Positions 1-12,177 are shown, counted from the stretch's first letter. The stretch is DNA of 64,000 bases from Elsinoe ampelina (GCA_010093995.1 ML992502.1:2302728-2366727); one strand, 5' to 3'. Numbers and translations are program-made. The notes: generated by a model from the letters alone, not told the origin.

Positions 1-1289
1 CCCTTGTATCTGATCACGCTCGGATCCGAGAGTATCTCGGAGAAGGGGCGCTGCTGCCGCAAATCGGCGGCTTTGCGGTGATCGCTGGATTATCTGAGAC
101 CGCAGTGCCACTTGACTTGAGTCCAGAGAATTTGATGACGTAGCTACATCTGCAGGCTTGCTTTTGGGGGAGGTGGTCGTGTCGTCTGTAGGTCTGTTTG
201 ACGCTCTCAGCAGGAAATAGTGGGCGCCGAATAGAGCAAACTCCTCCCACTCATCGAATGGCTCGACGGAATCCAGGTGTCGTCGCTCTTCCGACTTCAG
301 AAAGTTGTCGTCAGACCACAACTCCCACAATGTCTTCATATCAAGGCTGTCTGCTGGCCATCCTGCCGCCACGAACCGTTCTCTCATTTGGGCCAGTGTA
401 CCAATAGCGTGCAGCGGCGTCCGTAGCTTCTGAAAGTGCTTTAGCATTGTCTCTGCAAATGGGTGGTCTGGTCCGTCAGGTAGATGTTGCTCTAGGAGGC
501 AGAATCTTGAGTCCGGCAGCTTTGCCGCCCACGAAAGGACAGCGTTCGCAGCAGGTTTCTCCATATATGCCACGGACACCTCGGCGACGAATAGGAAAGT
601 GATAGAACATGATTCTAGGTCGAAGAACTGGCGGAGTGACGAGTCCAAGTTCGCTACGTTCTTCAAGTCACACCCTACAGCTTTGTACTTTTCTGCGGAG
701 GCAAGCAATGGGTCGATCTGGTTGCCGTAGGTTATGCCCGGTAGAACATCAAGGATAGGCTGATTACTCCGAATGACTTCCAGCTTCCTATGCATAAGCT
801 GAGGGTAGTCCACGTCAACAAATACACAGTTCTGGCATTTCTCTGGATGTATACCAAGAAATTGGAAAGGTAAGGGATCGCTAGACCAGTCAGATACCTA
901 CCTTTGCAATGCAGGCCTTGGGAAGACATGCACGGCCTGTTCCTTACTCACTAGCCACATCCGAGATTGACGACGACCTTTGTCTTTGCAGTGTCCTCCT
1001 GTAAAAAGTCTGCCACGGTCTTTTCGATGGCCTTCATTCGCAGCCAGTAGCCACGATTGATCAGAGGCGATCGTCTTTGGAATTTGCGAACGAAGTATCG
1101 AAAGTATTCTGGCTGATGTGGATAGTACAGCTTCTCCACCGATCGTTTCGAAACGATGCTGCTACTATTGGTATCCATGATGAATTCATCCTTTTTGCCA
1201 GCGGTCGGGACTCCCAAGGCTTGCATCTTGAGCGGCTTCTTGAGCTGCTTCTGATGGAACGCTTGGATCGAGTCATTCTCGAACATGGT
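1..1289 (-). CDS. PPM2: Leucine carboxyl methyltransferase family, tRNA-wybutosine synthesis protein (PPM2/TYW4-like); 5' part only, runs off the left edge
   Basis: Exon 1 reads [16 protein letters not shown]...[14 protein letters not shown]...VVNLGCG. Intron 951-881 (GTGAGT...CTGAC...TAG) restores GCGYDPLPFQ, and the frame continues [54 protein letters not shown]. The start could be the ATG at 1289 or at 1226. Confidence 0.88.
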
Positions 1290-1613
1290 GAAGATGGAAT
1301 ATGGTATAGACAATGGCTGAAGTACAGCAAAAATCGTGCACGAGATGGAGCGTGAAGTGCAATGTGGTCCGAGCTCACGTGCCCCGCCGCGGGATAATGA
1401 TCTGCGCCGTGGTTCACTTCATCACACGTGGAAAGGTCCATTCTTTGAATGTTGTGACGCGATACACGACTTGTCTCTGCCCACACTGTACTTGTGAATT
1501 CTTGGACACACCTTTGGCACTTCTCATAGCTTCACCATGATCCGATCGCAAATCCGGTAGCGTCACGCACAGTTCTACATTTCCTCGACGTGTGAAGACC
1601 CCTCACCGCAGCC

Positions 1614-2979
1614 ATGTCCATCAACTACATTACCTTCAACCAGGATCACTCGTTCCTCGCTGTTGGTATGTGACGGATACATCGGACATCGTGAGCTTCA
1701 CTAACACCAAGCAGCTACCACAGATGGCTTCCGGATATACTCGACCGACCCTTTCTCCATGGTCTTCCAGACACCACTGGCGGAGAATGGCGCATCCGGT
1801 GACATTTCGGTCCTCGAGATGCTCTTTTCCACATCCCTAGTTGCGATGATATTGTCGCCGCGACTACTGAGGATCATCAACACCAAGCGGCAATCCACGA
1901 TATGCGAGCTTACCTTTCCATCACGAGTAGGCGCATTGAAGCTCAACCGCAAGAGATTGGTAGTGGTACTTGAGGATATCATTTTCATATACGACATCCA
2001 GACCATGAAGACGTTACACCAGATCACAACACCCACGAATTCCTACGCACTCTGCGCCCTCTCTCCAAACCCAGACAACAATTATATTGCCTATCCTCTC
2101 CGCAAGACCGAGTCCGTCACGTCCACCACACCCTCACACGTCCCTCCGTCCCAAAAGGCCCCCGAACCCATGTCCGGCGACGTCATGCTCTTCGACGCCA
2201 ATACCATGGAAGAGATCAAAGTCATTCCCGCCCACCAAGCGCCCCTCTCCTGTATCTCCATAAACAGCGACGGCACGCTCCTTGCAACCGCCTCAGAAAA
2301 AGGCACCGTGATCCGCGTCTTCGAACTCCCCTCGGCCAAAAAGCTCTACCAATTCCGCCGCGGCTCCATGCCCTCACGCATCTATAGCATGTCCTTTAAC
2401 GCCACGTCCACCCTCCTCTGCGTTTCCTCAGCTACGGAAACCATCCACATCTTCAAACTCACCCCACAACCCTCCTCCTCCAACGGCACCACCGCGGACC
2501 TCCCCTCCCCCGACCTCGACCCCTCCTCCACGCGCCGCTCCGAATCCCCCTCCTCCCACTCCGACGGCTTCCCCGACCTCTCCTCCTCCCTTCCCGACCG
2601 CAAACCCCCAACCCCATCCACCTCCTCCTCCGCCGCACCAGGCTTCATGTCCCTCATGCGCCGCACAAGCCAAAACGTCTCCTCCACCTTCGTCTCGCGC
2701 GCAGCAGGCTACCTCCCCAGCGCCGTGACCGAGATCTGGGAACTCACCCGCGACTTTGCCTGGGTGAAAGTGCCGCGGGGCCGCAACGGGGCGCCCGTGA
2801 AATCCGTGGTCGCCATGGCGGGGAATGCGCCCCAGGTCATGGTCGCGACGAGCGAGGGGGAGTTTTTGGTTTACCAGGTGGATTTGGAGCGGGGTGGGGA
2901 GGGGGCGTTGGTGAGGCAGTATTCGGTGCGGGAGAAGGGGGAGGGCGGAGGGGCAGGGGGAGGGGGGTATGGGGAGTAG
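1614..2979 (+). CDS. ATG18: Autophagy PROPPIN (WD40, phosphoinositide-binding)
   Basis: Exon 1 (1614-1665) [17 protein letters not shown]; intron 1666-1714; then [36 protein letters not shown] and the diagnostic FRRG motif. Confidence 0.96.
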
Positions 2980-3510
2980 GATCCTCCGTTGCCCGGGAGG
3001 GGGTTGGGGGGGACTTGGGATTTCAGGTGGTAGGATTGGAATGTGTGTGGGTAATGTCGAGCAGGAGAGCAGGTAGGGACGCAGGAGAGCAGGTAGGGGC
3101 GGAGCGATTGCGCGAGCTGAGGGTACGGGGAAGAGGTTGAAGTGACTGATTGCAAGCATTGGATTTTGAGACACTAGATACCACTACCGCTCATGACGGT
3201 CTGTTTTTGGAGGAAATGCTTCTCGGCTCGAATAGCAAGGAGTGCATCGAAGGCGTGTAATGGCAAAGGCGCCCAAGGAATGGAAGACCTTTCTCCACTT
3301 CGCACTGACCGTGGAGATTGATGCTCATAGCAACGAAAAAACTGTGTTGGTATACCTATCTGTACAGATCCTGATGCCCTCCCTTCCTCCAGTGCTCCCG
3401 AACGAGACTAGCCTCTTTTGCAGAACTCTTCACCCTTTGATGCTTTTCCCTATAGCTATTGGCAACGAGGAAGCTTGGGTGCCCTGTCTTCGCACATTCA
3501 AAGCTCTCTA

Positions 3511-5098
3511 TCAGATGGCGCCGAAGAAAGTGCTGACCGCCCACGGCACAAGTGCGCTGTTAATGTTAGCCAAGTCAATGCATCGTGTGCGACGAAAGCT
3601 TACCCGACAGCCAAGCCAACTCCTATGCCGACTGTTGCCCGCTTCTTGATCCTTTCCCTTCTCACCTCCACCGGTGTGATCTTGATCTTCTTGGTGGCTC
3701 GTCCGCCATCCTCTTCGGCGCCGGCTTTGGTATCGATAACGTCTCTGTGGCCGATATCGAGGATCTCTCCCTCCTCATCACGGGTGATGTCCACAGCCTT
3801 CCGCTTTCTTCCTCTGACCGTCTCCTTCCTCGTCTCAGTCAACTTGTTCGCCTCGTCAATCGCCTTGCGCGCGGAGTCTAGGTATGCCTGTGCATCGCCG
3901 GGCATCTTCACGCTGGCTCGCTTGGCGGGCGTCTCGACCTTGACATCCGTGCTTGTCTCCTCGTCGCCATTTGCAAGAACTTCGGTTTGACTGACGACAT
4001 CGACCTTGACCGTCTCCTCTTCCTCCTCCGCAAGCTCGCCCTTGAGCGCCTTTTGACGACCGCTGGTCTTTCGCGTCGACTTTGCGGTGGTCGCCGTAGA
4101 CTCTTCGGGCTCGACGCTGGCGCTGCCCGCAGCCGGGCGGCCTCTCTTGGTACGCTTGGGCGTGGCAATCTTGCGTGGTGTCTTCATGTCGCGATCTGGT
4201 GCAGGAATCTTGGTCGGGCTCGCGGAACGAAGCGCTCGCTTGCGCGGTGACTTTGTCTTTGGTGACTCTTCAGGCGGAGGTAGGATGGCGCCGTTCAGCG
4301 TGGGTGTCTTTGCGCGGGTAGTGCGCGGTGGGGATTGAGGAGCAGGCGACTTGGACTTGGCTGACGGGGCGTGGAAGGCTGGCGGAGCTTTGATCTCGCG
4401 CTTCGTCGCTGTCGTGCTAGGTGGCATCGGAGCGGGATCAAGCAGGACGAGGAGCCAATCGCGGATCTGATATTCGTCGGCGAGATCGAGAGCTGTGAAA
4501 AAGTCAGATGTGAAAAGGGAAGGTGAAGCGGGGTCCTGCAGGAAGGTGCATACCTATTTGCGGAGGGACCCAGATGTTGCCGGCAATTTCTTCTTTGTCG
4601 GCTTGTGGCAGATTCTTGAGGTATGCTTTCTCGGCGGCCTCTTCTTCTTCCGATGCCCAGGGGTAAGTGACCTTGAATAGTCCGCTGGCGCTTACGAAAC
4701 CGTCGCTCGACCGTCTCTACATTACTCGTCAGTTGTGCAATCTTGTGATACTCTTTTACGATCGGACTGACCATCAAAAAGTAAGCTTCTGGGGTCGAAT
4801 GTCCCCGGGCTGCGTGAAAGATACCAGATCCTTTCAAATCCTTGGGAAGAGGTACACGGATGTGGGCGTAGTCAAAGGGACCGAGATTCTTAGGCTTGGT
4901 CGCGTTCGATGTGCCTACTTGTCCAGCATCGACTGCGAGTTCTGTCTGTCCTAGTCGTCTCTTTGACAATAGCTCTTGACCTGTATCTCCGTCAGCCACG
5001 TCTTCTATTTCGCATCAGATAGATTCCATACGAAGCTCTTCGTCATCCAGTGGCTCGAGTAGAGGATTTCGTCGCGTTGGTAATGAGCGCTCTGTCAT
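3511..5098 (-). CDS. APSES/KilA-N domain, tail-anchored nuclear-envelope protein (Bqt4-like)
   Basis: Five exons assembled by hand: MTERSLPTRRNPLL / KRRLGQTEL...FDYAHIRVPLPKDL...YFLM / RRSSDGFVSASGLFKVTYPWASEEEE...AGNIWVPP / ALDLADEYQI, a basic disordered region, then a C-terminal hydrophobic tail IGVGLAVGALVPWAVSTFFGAI*. Confidence 0.8.
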
Positions 5099-5957
5099 GT
5101 TGGCACGAACCGAAGGAGGAAGAGGTCGATGCGACAAGGAAGGGTGAATTGGAGGTTGACGCGATGCGCTTTCGATAATGATGACGCGCGCAAAGCCGTT
5201 TAGACTTGGGATGCGAATTTCCAAGACCCAATCGCGATCGGATGAAACGTGGATGAAGACGACGAATGCGACCACGGACAACACAAGAACAGCTGTAAAG
5301 ATGACAATGACCAGCGCTGCAAAGAAGTGAAAAGAAGTCAAGCTGTCTAAAGGCATGGCCGAAAGCTTTGACCTTCGCGCCCTCGGAGGCTCAAGCCTCA
5401 CTAGCTAGTGCGGAGATGGCTGGGATCAAAAGAGCCGCATCAATGACCCCGGGTCGACGGCAATGCTCGGGAACAGGTCTTTAGACGATGATAGACGATG
5501 GTAGACAAATCCGTGAAGAGCATGCTAGCAGATTGCATCCAGCTGTATCAAAAGCCACACGTTCCTGAGTCAAAATCTCATGTCCCATGTCCATCGGGCA
5601 GCTACGACCGCCGACGTGGAATCTTACCTCGCAATAAAGATAGGCATGCAACATTGCATATTTGCATACACTAGGTAGCCGGCCCACCAATTTCTATAGC
5701 TCAATCACAATTGTAGACGTGGCAATGGCACATGAATTGGATTGTCCCTGAGCGGTGAAGGAGGGGCAAATACGGACCCCACTTTGACTGTTTGTTCTCG
5801 ACTCGGACCACATCTTGACCTTTGACCTTCTCCCTGCTCACGTTCGCATTCCATCTTGACTCTTGCATCAAAGTAATTGCCATACGAATCGCAGCATCAG
5901 TCCTTGCATTGCCTTTATATCTCGAAACGACAACGATAGGAGAACAACAACAACGAC

Positions 5958-8900
5958 ATGGCTAGCCACGCGGACGATGATCTTGCCGCGGAGCAGACAG
6001 AGGGCTTCAAGGTGGGCGAGAAGAAGACGATTGACGAATATCAAAAGCTCGGTGAGTTGTCCTCCTTGTTCTTACTGCGTTAAAGTCATTCTCTACGACA
6101 AGATGGCTCCTTCCTCTCGTTGAGTTCATCACAATCCCGCCGACTATATGGGACAATCCGTCTTCAATATATGGACACTGGCCACACCAAACATCCTTTA
6201 TCTAGCCTATCGCTATTATTCCTATTGAATATCTCCCATGCGACAACGATTCCGCTCACTCCAATCCATATCAAGATGGACCCCGTCGACCCAGCCCAGG
6301 CAAATATCTCGTACACTGAATTCCGCAACAATCTGCGTATGCGACTTCGCCCCGACGAATCTATCCCCGCACATCTAGGTCTTCCTGTCGAGCTACATCG
6401 AAGGTACTGTCTGCAGTACATCGAAGAGGGTCAAGCAGCTCATGGTGAAGCTGCAAACGAAACGAAGTGGTACCGCGAATAGGGGAACGGCAACCGCCTC
6501 ATAAATCAGCGCCAGCCATGGATCCGAACCGCCAACATGACCAGGCAGCAAGTTTCAGACCGTATATTCGAAGACTGTCTACGACAAGCAAGATGTTCCA
6601 AAGCTAGACGTCTCCTTGAACGGACAGGGTCAATTTTCGATCCGGATAAGCGACACTGCGATGACCCAGACTTGACGAGGTGGGTCCGCGCTCTTCCTTC
6701 GGACTTTCGAGATGCCAATCTACAACTCTCTTCCGACCATCAGCTTAGACCAATAGCCGGCGATCAACGTGGATCGATCTCGGCTGCTCTGAAGTCAGAC
6801 TTTGGCGTCCTTGGATGCGCCTTACGTCGCTCTTCGATTCTGCGCAAGGACAGCGCTATAGATCCTTTTCAATTCCAGAGCCGGGAATTGCCCCCAACTC
6901 AATCTGGTGCTGTGCCTCAATACTTCGCGGATCAGCTGGGCGAACCCCGTTCATCCCCGCCGCGACGATCCCTGTTCCGACCACCATCGCCTTCGACTTC
7001 AATACGCTCTACACAAAGGCCACCGGAGTACCCCGCTCAAAGTGAAGATGTAACGTCGACTGGTCCCAGGAACAGTGAACAACCATTGGTTCTTGACGAA
7101 TAGGATCTCTCAAGGACTTACGCAGCTGGACGTCCCAGAAGAAATTTCATCTTCAGTCGCAGGAGAGCGCCGCAGATAGACCACGCAGACTTGGACAGAG
7201 CTGTGTCAAGGATTGGTGAGCAGCATCGATCCGGTATCGTACATTCAAATGGCGACTACGCCCTTCCGGACGATCGGCGACCGCAGAACATTAATCCCAA
7301 CCAGCGACGCTCTTGGTGGAGACGACGCACACCAGAGGAAAGACAGTTGCGAAGAGCTGCCGCCGATCTTTTTGAGGACGTGCAGAACCGTAGAAGTACT
7401 TTGCGACCTGTTCGTCCCCCAAACCCACCCAACACGAGCTCTCTATTGGAGACAGAGCAGCCCTTGGCCCCACCAAACAGTGAAGATGCGTCTACCACAG
7501 CTACGGCAAATTTCGGGAACCCCGTGAGTGGCAGCGTTTAGTAGCAACAACAACAGGCACATCCTCGTAGTGACTGGTCTCGACCGGGGCCGGATCGTAT
7601 TGTGCAGCTCGCACGTACGATACCATTGCGAGCCATGCCTGCAGAATCAGTCCAATCTACAACTACAGAATCAGACCAAACCACGTCTGCAGGACCAGTA
7701 AATTCTACGCCTGTAGGGCCAGTGCCGCCCACGCCTGCAGCACCAGTACAGCCTGCAGCACCATCGCGGCCTGCTCCCACGGTATCAACGCAATCCTTCC
7801 CTACAGTATCCGCTAATCCAAGCCGCGGACAAAATCAGGACGCTGTTGCAGATCAACGAGACCCAAGCACAGAGTCAGATCATCACGCTACGCAGAATGG
7901 CCGCCCTTCAGGTTCAGAATGGCAAACAGAAACGACGCAAGACCAGACTGAATCGAGTGGTATTCCCAGCAGGCAAACAAGACAAAGTCTCGCAGCGAGA
8001 CTGAACGGTCAGATTCCAATACGATTCTTTGGTCGAGATGGGGGTACCCAGAACCCCTCCAGATACCGCGTCATTGGATATCACAACGTACGTGATAGGT
8101 ATCGTAATGCCTTCGATGATCATTCTTCTTCCCTCGAAGGCCGGACTCGTCGGGTGTCTACTCGCACCGTCCCATTGGCCACGCCCATCGGACCAGAACA
8201 AACTGGTCTACATGTCCACAACTGGGTCGAAGAGAATGACAATCCGGAGTTGGAAGCACAGAGACGTGCAGCTCGTCACTGGTGGATCTCTACTATGTGG
8301 CGTAATACGGTGAACGACTTCGAAGCTGCCTTTCATCGTCTCGGCGGTTACATGCATCGTCATCGTCATACTCATGATGGACCATTTGGAATAGGATACT
8401 GAAAAACTCGGCGCGTTAGATTGACCATTGGACTCGGTAGAAATCATCGTTCTTTACACGACCCGGAATCGGACACCTCTGACTCCGTGCTACTACTCGA
8501 CTTGGACACTCATTTCAGCATCACATTGATTCGGGCCATTATTTGCATTGTACTGATAAGTATCTTTAGACCAAAATGATGAGTCTCTCCGCAAATGGAA
8601 GGAGTCGCTCGGCATCGGTTCAGGTAAAACGATCGGTGACCCATCCGACCCTCGCAAGTGCATCATCCTCTCTCTAGGTCTCGAAGTCGAAGGCCGCCCC
8701 GACATCATCATCGACCTGACCACTCCCGGGGCCCTCGAGAAATTGAAGAAGCAGCCATTCACGATCAAGGAGGGTGCCACCTTTCGCATGAAGGCCAGAT
8801 TCACGGTACAGCACCAGATTCTCAGCGGAATGAAGTACATTCAGGTCGTCAAGCGAGGGCCTCTCACCAACAAGATGCAGGAAATGATTGTGCGTTTCGT

Positions 8901-9118
8901 GTCCAAGAGCGTCCTAGCAGGAAGCTGATCGTTCACAGGGCTCCTACTCCCCAAGCACAACCGACAAGCCAGAGTACGAGAAGAAATTCGAGCCAGAAAC
9001 TGCTCCTTCCGGCATGGTCGGTCGCGGATCGTACAAGGCTGTTTCTCGTTTCGTGGATGATGATCAGCAGGAGCATCTGAAGTTTGAGTGGTCATTCGAA
9101 ATCAAGAAGGACTGGTGA
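5958..9118 (+). CDS. RDI1: Rho GDP-dissociation inhibitor; exons 5958-6051, 8570-8889, 8939-9118
   Basis: MASHADDDLAAEQTEGFKVGEKKTIDEYQKL joins DQNDESLRKWKESLG across a 2518-nt intron (GTGAGT...CTGAT...TAG). It continues FTIKEGA, MQEMI/GSYSP, APSGMVGRGSY, FVDDDQQEHLKFEWSFEIKKDW*. Confidence 0.95.
6276..8402 (+). pseudogene. Nested 709-codon reading frame in RDI1 intron 1 with four in-frame TAG stops (pseudogene, or editing/readthrough-dependent gene); unknown protein
   Basis: Track ORFs 6120-6482, 6537-7103, 7191-7541 and 7602-8402 share one frame. I translated the gaps between them: the only interruptions are TAG at 6480, 7101, 7539 and 7542. There is an ATG at 6276 (AAGATGG context) and a terminal TGA at 8400-8402. 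Confidence 0.75.
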
Positions 9119-9611
9119 GCATGACTTGTCACGTACCGGAACGAGGTAGCGAGGCAGTCATGAAGGTAGCATCCGCCATCCGAGGCACTGACTTGAAGGG
9201 GTGGTGTTCATCATTGCATTATCATGACTCTCTTTATAGATGGCAGGAATGCATACCCTTATACCACGTCTCGTGGCTGTGCTGCTCCATTCTGTGTCGT
9301 CGTGTCCCCTCTGTCCCGCCAGGATGGATTACAGTGATGGTCTTATCATAAAATATATGCAAGAAGAGAAGTTGACTTATACCCTGAGTCCTCCTCCTTC
9401 ACTGCCCTCATTACTTGTCCTACATCCTTCAGCCCAGGACCCCGCCCTCCCCGACAACCCTGCATTCAAGTCTTTCATAGTTCCGTCTCTTCGCAAGCAG
9501 AATGATCTCCCTCCTCTTCTCTCCACCAAGACACCCCCTGCCTCTGACCCCCCCTTCCCTCCTTCCCCCTCCCTCTTCCCATCCTCAACCTCCCACCCAC
9601 CGGCGCATGTC

Positions 9612-10283
9612 TCACACCCACCCTCCCCTCCCCTCCCACGACGACGAACCAGCGTCATAAAGCCGCAGTCTCCCGACCCCTGCACGCCGAGACAGTCCCT
9701 CACACGGAGCGGTGTACGGACCCTCGCTCTCATCCGTCCATCCATCCGCACCGGCCCAGGGCTCCGGTCGAGTGTAATAGTAGGAGATGGCCGACCCAGC
9801 GGAATCGGTCTTGCGGTGGCATTCCCCTGCTCTCCTTGTCGACTGCGACTGCGACTGCCAGCTGGATCCTGCGTCGGACCCGCTCGGCTCTGGAGAGGGC
9901 GGAGAGCTCCCCGTTGACTCGCTCAGTGATGGAGGCGCGGAGGTAGGGGGGGAGGGGTCGTGGCTGGGTCTCGCTTCTTGGTCGATCCGGTCTTGAGAGC
10001 GGGGGGGTGCAGGGGAGATGAGTTGCGGGTGGACGCGGCGGATGGAGATTGTGCGGGCTGTGTGGAGTTCTGTTGTTGTAATGGAGTCGAGGGGGAGGGA
10101 GTCATGGCTTGCGAGTATTGCAAGGTCATGCTTGGCGGAAAGGTGGGTGGGTTGGGGAGGGTGGTGCGGTGGTTGTGGGATTGATGGGAGGGGGGAGGCA
10201 TCGGTCTTCTTGCCTGATGGGCGGTGGCGGGTGGAGGTCGAGTGGATGAGTTTGGTGGAGAGGCGGCGGATGAGGCCTGGCAT
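9612..10283 (-). CDS. Hypothetical low-complexity Ser/Pro-rich protein (223 aa)
   Basis: ATG-initiated ORF MPGLIRRLSTKL... with no recognisable domain. It lies in a compositionally skewed island where ORFs arise easily. Confidence 0.4.
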   Translation of the reverse strand: MPGLIRRLSTKLIHSTSTRHRPSGKKTDASPLPSIPQPPHHPPQPTHLSAKHDLAILASHDSLPLDSITTTELHTARTISIRRVHPQLISPAPPRSQDRIDQEARPSHDPSPPTSAPPSLSESTGSSPPSPEPSGSDAGSSWQSQSQSTRRAGECHRKTDSAGSAISYYYTRPEPWAGADGWTDESEGPYTAPCEGLSRRAGVGRLRLYDAGSSSWEGRGGWV

Positions 10284-11588
10284 GCCTTTGTGCGTGGTGG
10301 GATGGTTGATGGGCGTCGGGGAGGTGATGGTGGTGTTGATGTAGTAGAGTGGTGACGGGGAAGTGGTGGCTGGTTCAGGGGGATGGTGGTTGGGTTGAGC
10401 AGGTTAAAGGTATTTGAGACTGAGTGACTTGCTGCAAGTCGTATCTTCCGGGAGCGTAGTAACTATCGTGCACTGCTCCGAGGCTTTCTCCGATTTGCAC
10501 CTCTAAGATTGTTCTTGAGCGCGTTTGTAGTCTTTGTCGGGATGCACCATGCAGTCAAGCGCATGTACCGTCCGGGCTGTCAAACGTGAAATGAAATGTC
10601 GAATGACAACAGACGAGGAAGAATGAGACCCATGTAATTCACCTATGCCTCCTACAATCTCACGCGTTCCCAATATAGCAAATCATCCATCGCGAATGAT
10701 CAACCCTGCGAGCTGGAGCCGCAGCGCCCACGCTTACCGTCATCTTCGACCAGGGACGAACACGAAGCTACGGACACGGATACACGGTTCGGACGTGGAC
10801 TGGGAGATGTGAGTGGTGGTCAGAGCAGGGCTGGGTCTGTCAGGGTGTGATGTCGCGCCCTTGGCTTGGGTAGGATTGCGTGGTACGGTGAGATTGAGGA
10901 ATACGAGGGGACATTTGACAAGGGGGCTGTGAGGGAATTGAGAGGCTGTGGCGGTGCTGATGCCGCGAGGACGGCGTTGTCAATTCTCATGTACTGAAAT
11001 TGTAGAGACTCGCGTGAGGTCAGCAGATGTCAAATCTTTCAAGTACAACTCTTCGATGTGCTTTTGTCGCCATGTCGTTTGATTGCATCTGTAATGGTCC
11101 TTGAAAATGAAATGCCTGTTTGCAGCAAAGCTTCAATCACGAGGACCATGGCAACAAGCTCTTGAGCGGACCCACAAGCAGACACGTGGCTCTTCAAGGT
11201 TGCTGGGTCCGGAATATTCTCTGGGTGGTCATGCTATTGTTGGTAGACATCGAGATCTTCATGCTCTTCTACATGGTGGTACACCTGTCGGGTGCCTGTC
11301 CCGAGAATTGGTAAGCAAAAATGGGTATACTCAGTGTGCGCATACATTCAACATTTGCAATGACGCGAGGACGGCGAAAGAGCATGGCTGTATCCCCTTG
11401 CCATGTATCGCGAGAGACGATAGGCGATTATCAAATGCTCATATCATGTCAAGACTCCATGCATTCATCCATCTATGTGAAATTGTCCTCCTCCATGTCA
11501 TGCTCTTGACGTGCTCATATCGCTATTCGCCTTTCACACAGCATATTTCCACATCCCCCGTCTCAAGTCTTATGTCCTCATGGTCACT

Positions 11589-12177
11589 CTACAAGTGCTG
11601 CTGAATAGCGGCCTCGAGGGCCTTTGGGTTGGCACCAACGACCTCACCGACCTTGTCGCCGTTCTTGAAGAGAAGGAAGGTGGGCATAGCACGGATACCG
11701 AGCTCCTGAGCAACATCCGGGACCTCATCGACGTCGAGCTTGTAGAAGCGGGCATTGGGGTAAGTGTCGGACATTCTGCGCACGTCAGCATCTTTTCATG
11801 TAGCAGGAAAACCTCAAGCTCCCAGGGCAGCTGAGGTAGCGGGCATCTACTCACTTGACGACTTGCGGCGCAATGACCTTGCAAGGACCGCACCAAGTGG
11901 CGAAGCAATCCAACACCATGAGAGTATCCTTTGTCTCCAAGGCCTTGTCGAAATCGGCCTTGGCCATCAAGTTGTGTACGCCTTCTTTGCCCATTGTCGG
12001 TGAGAAGTGTCTGATTCCTTGACTCTTGAAAGTGTTTCTGATTGAAGGTCTGCTCTGAGCAGTAGTGTTTGCGCGGATCAAAGTGATGAAGCTGCGAGTA
12101 GAAGTTGAAGATCGAGTGGCGGCTGTTCTTGTTGCAATTGAGGAGAAGCGGAGTGCTCTGCTAGTTGTCAATGACAT
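11589..12177 (-). CDS. Thioredoxin with an N-terminal mitochondrial-presequence-like extension; intron 11854-11776
   Basis: WCGPC active site; [30 protein letters not shown]...VVGAN. In-frame ATGs at 12177 and 11994. Confidence 0.95.

Noticed and set aside
6276..8402. Transposable element inserted in the RDI1 intron
   Set aside because: I saw no terminal repeats, target-site duplication, or transposase/RT/gag motifs. A repeat-library search would be needed to exclude it fully.
11120..11314. Short ORF with a hydrophobic segment
   Set aside because: It has no ATG at the called start and I could not build a consistent upstream exon.
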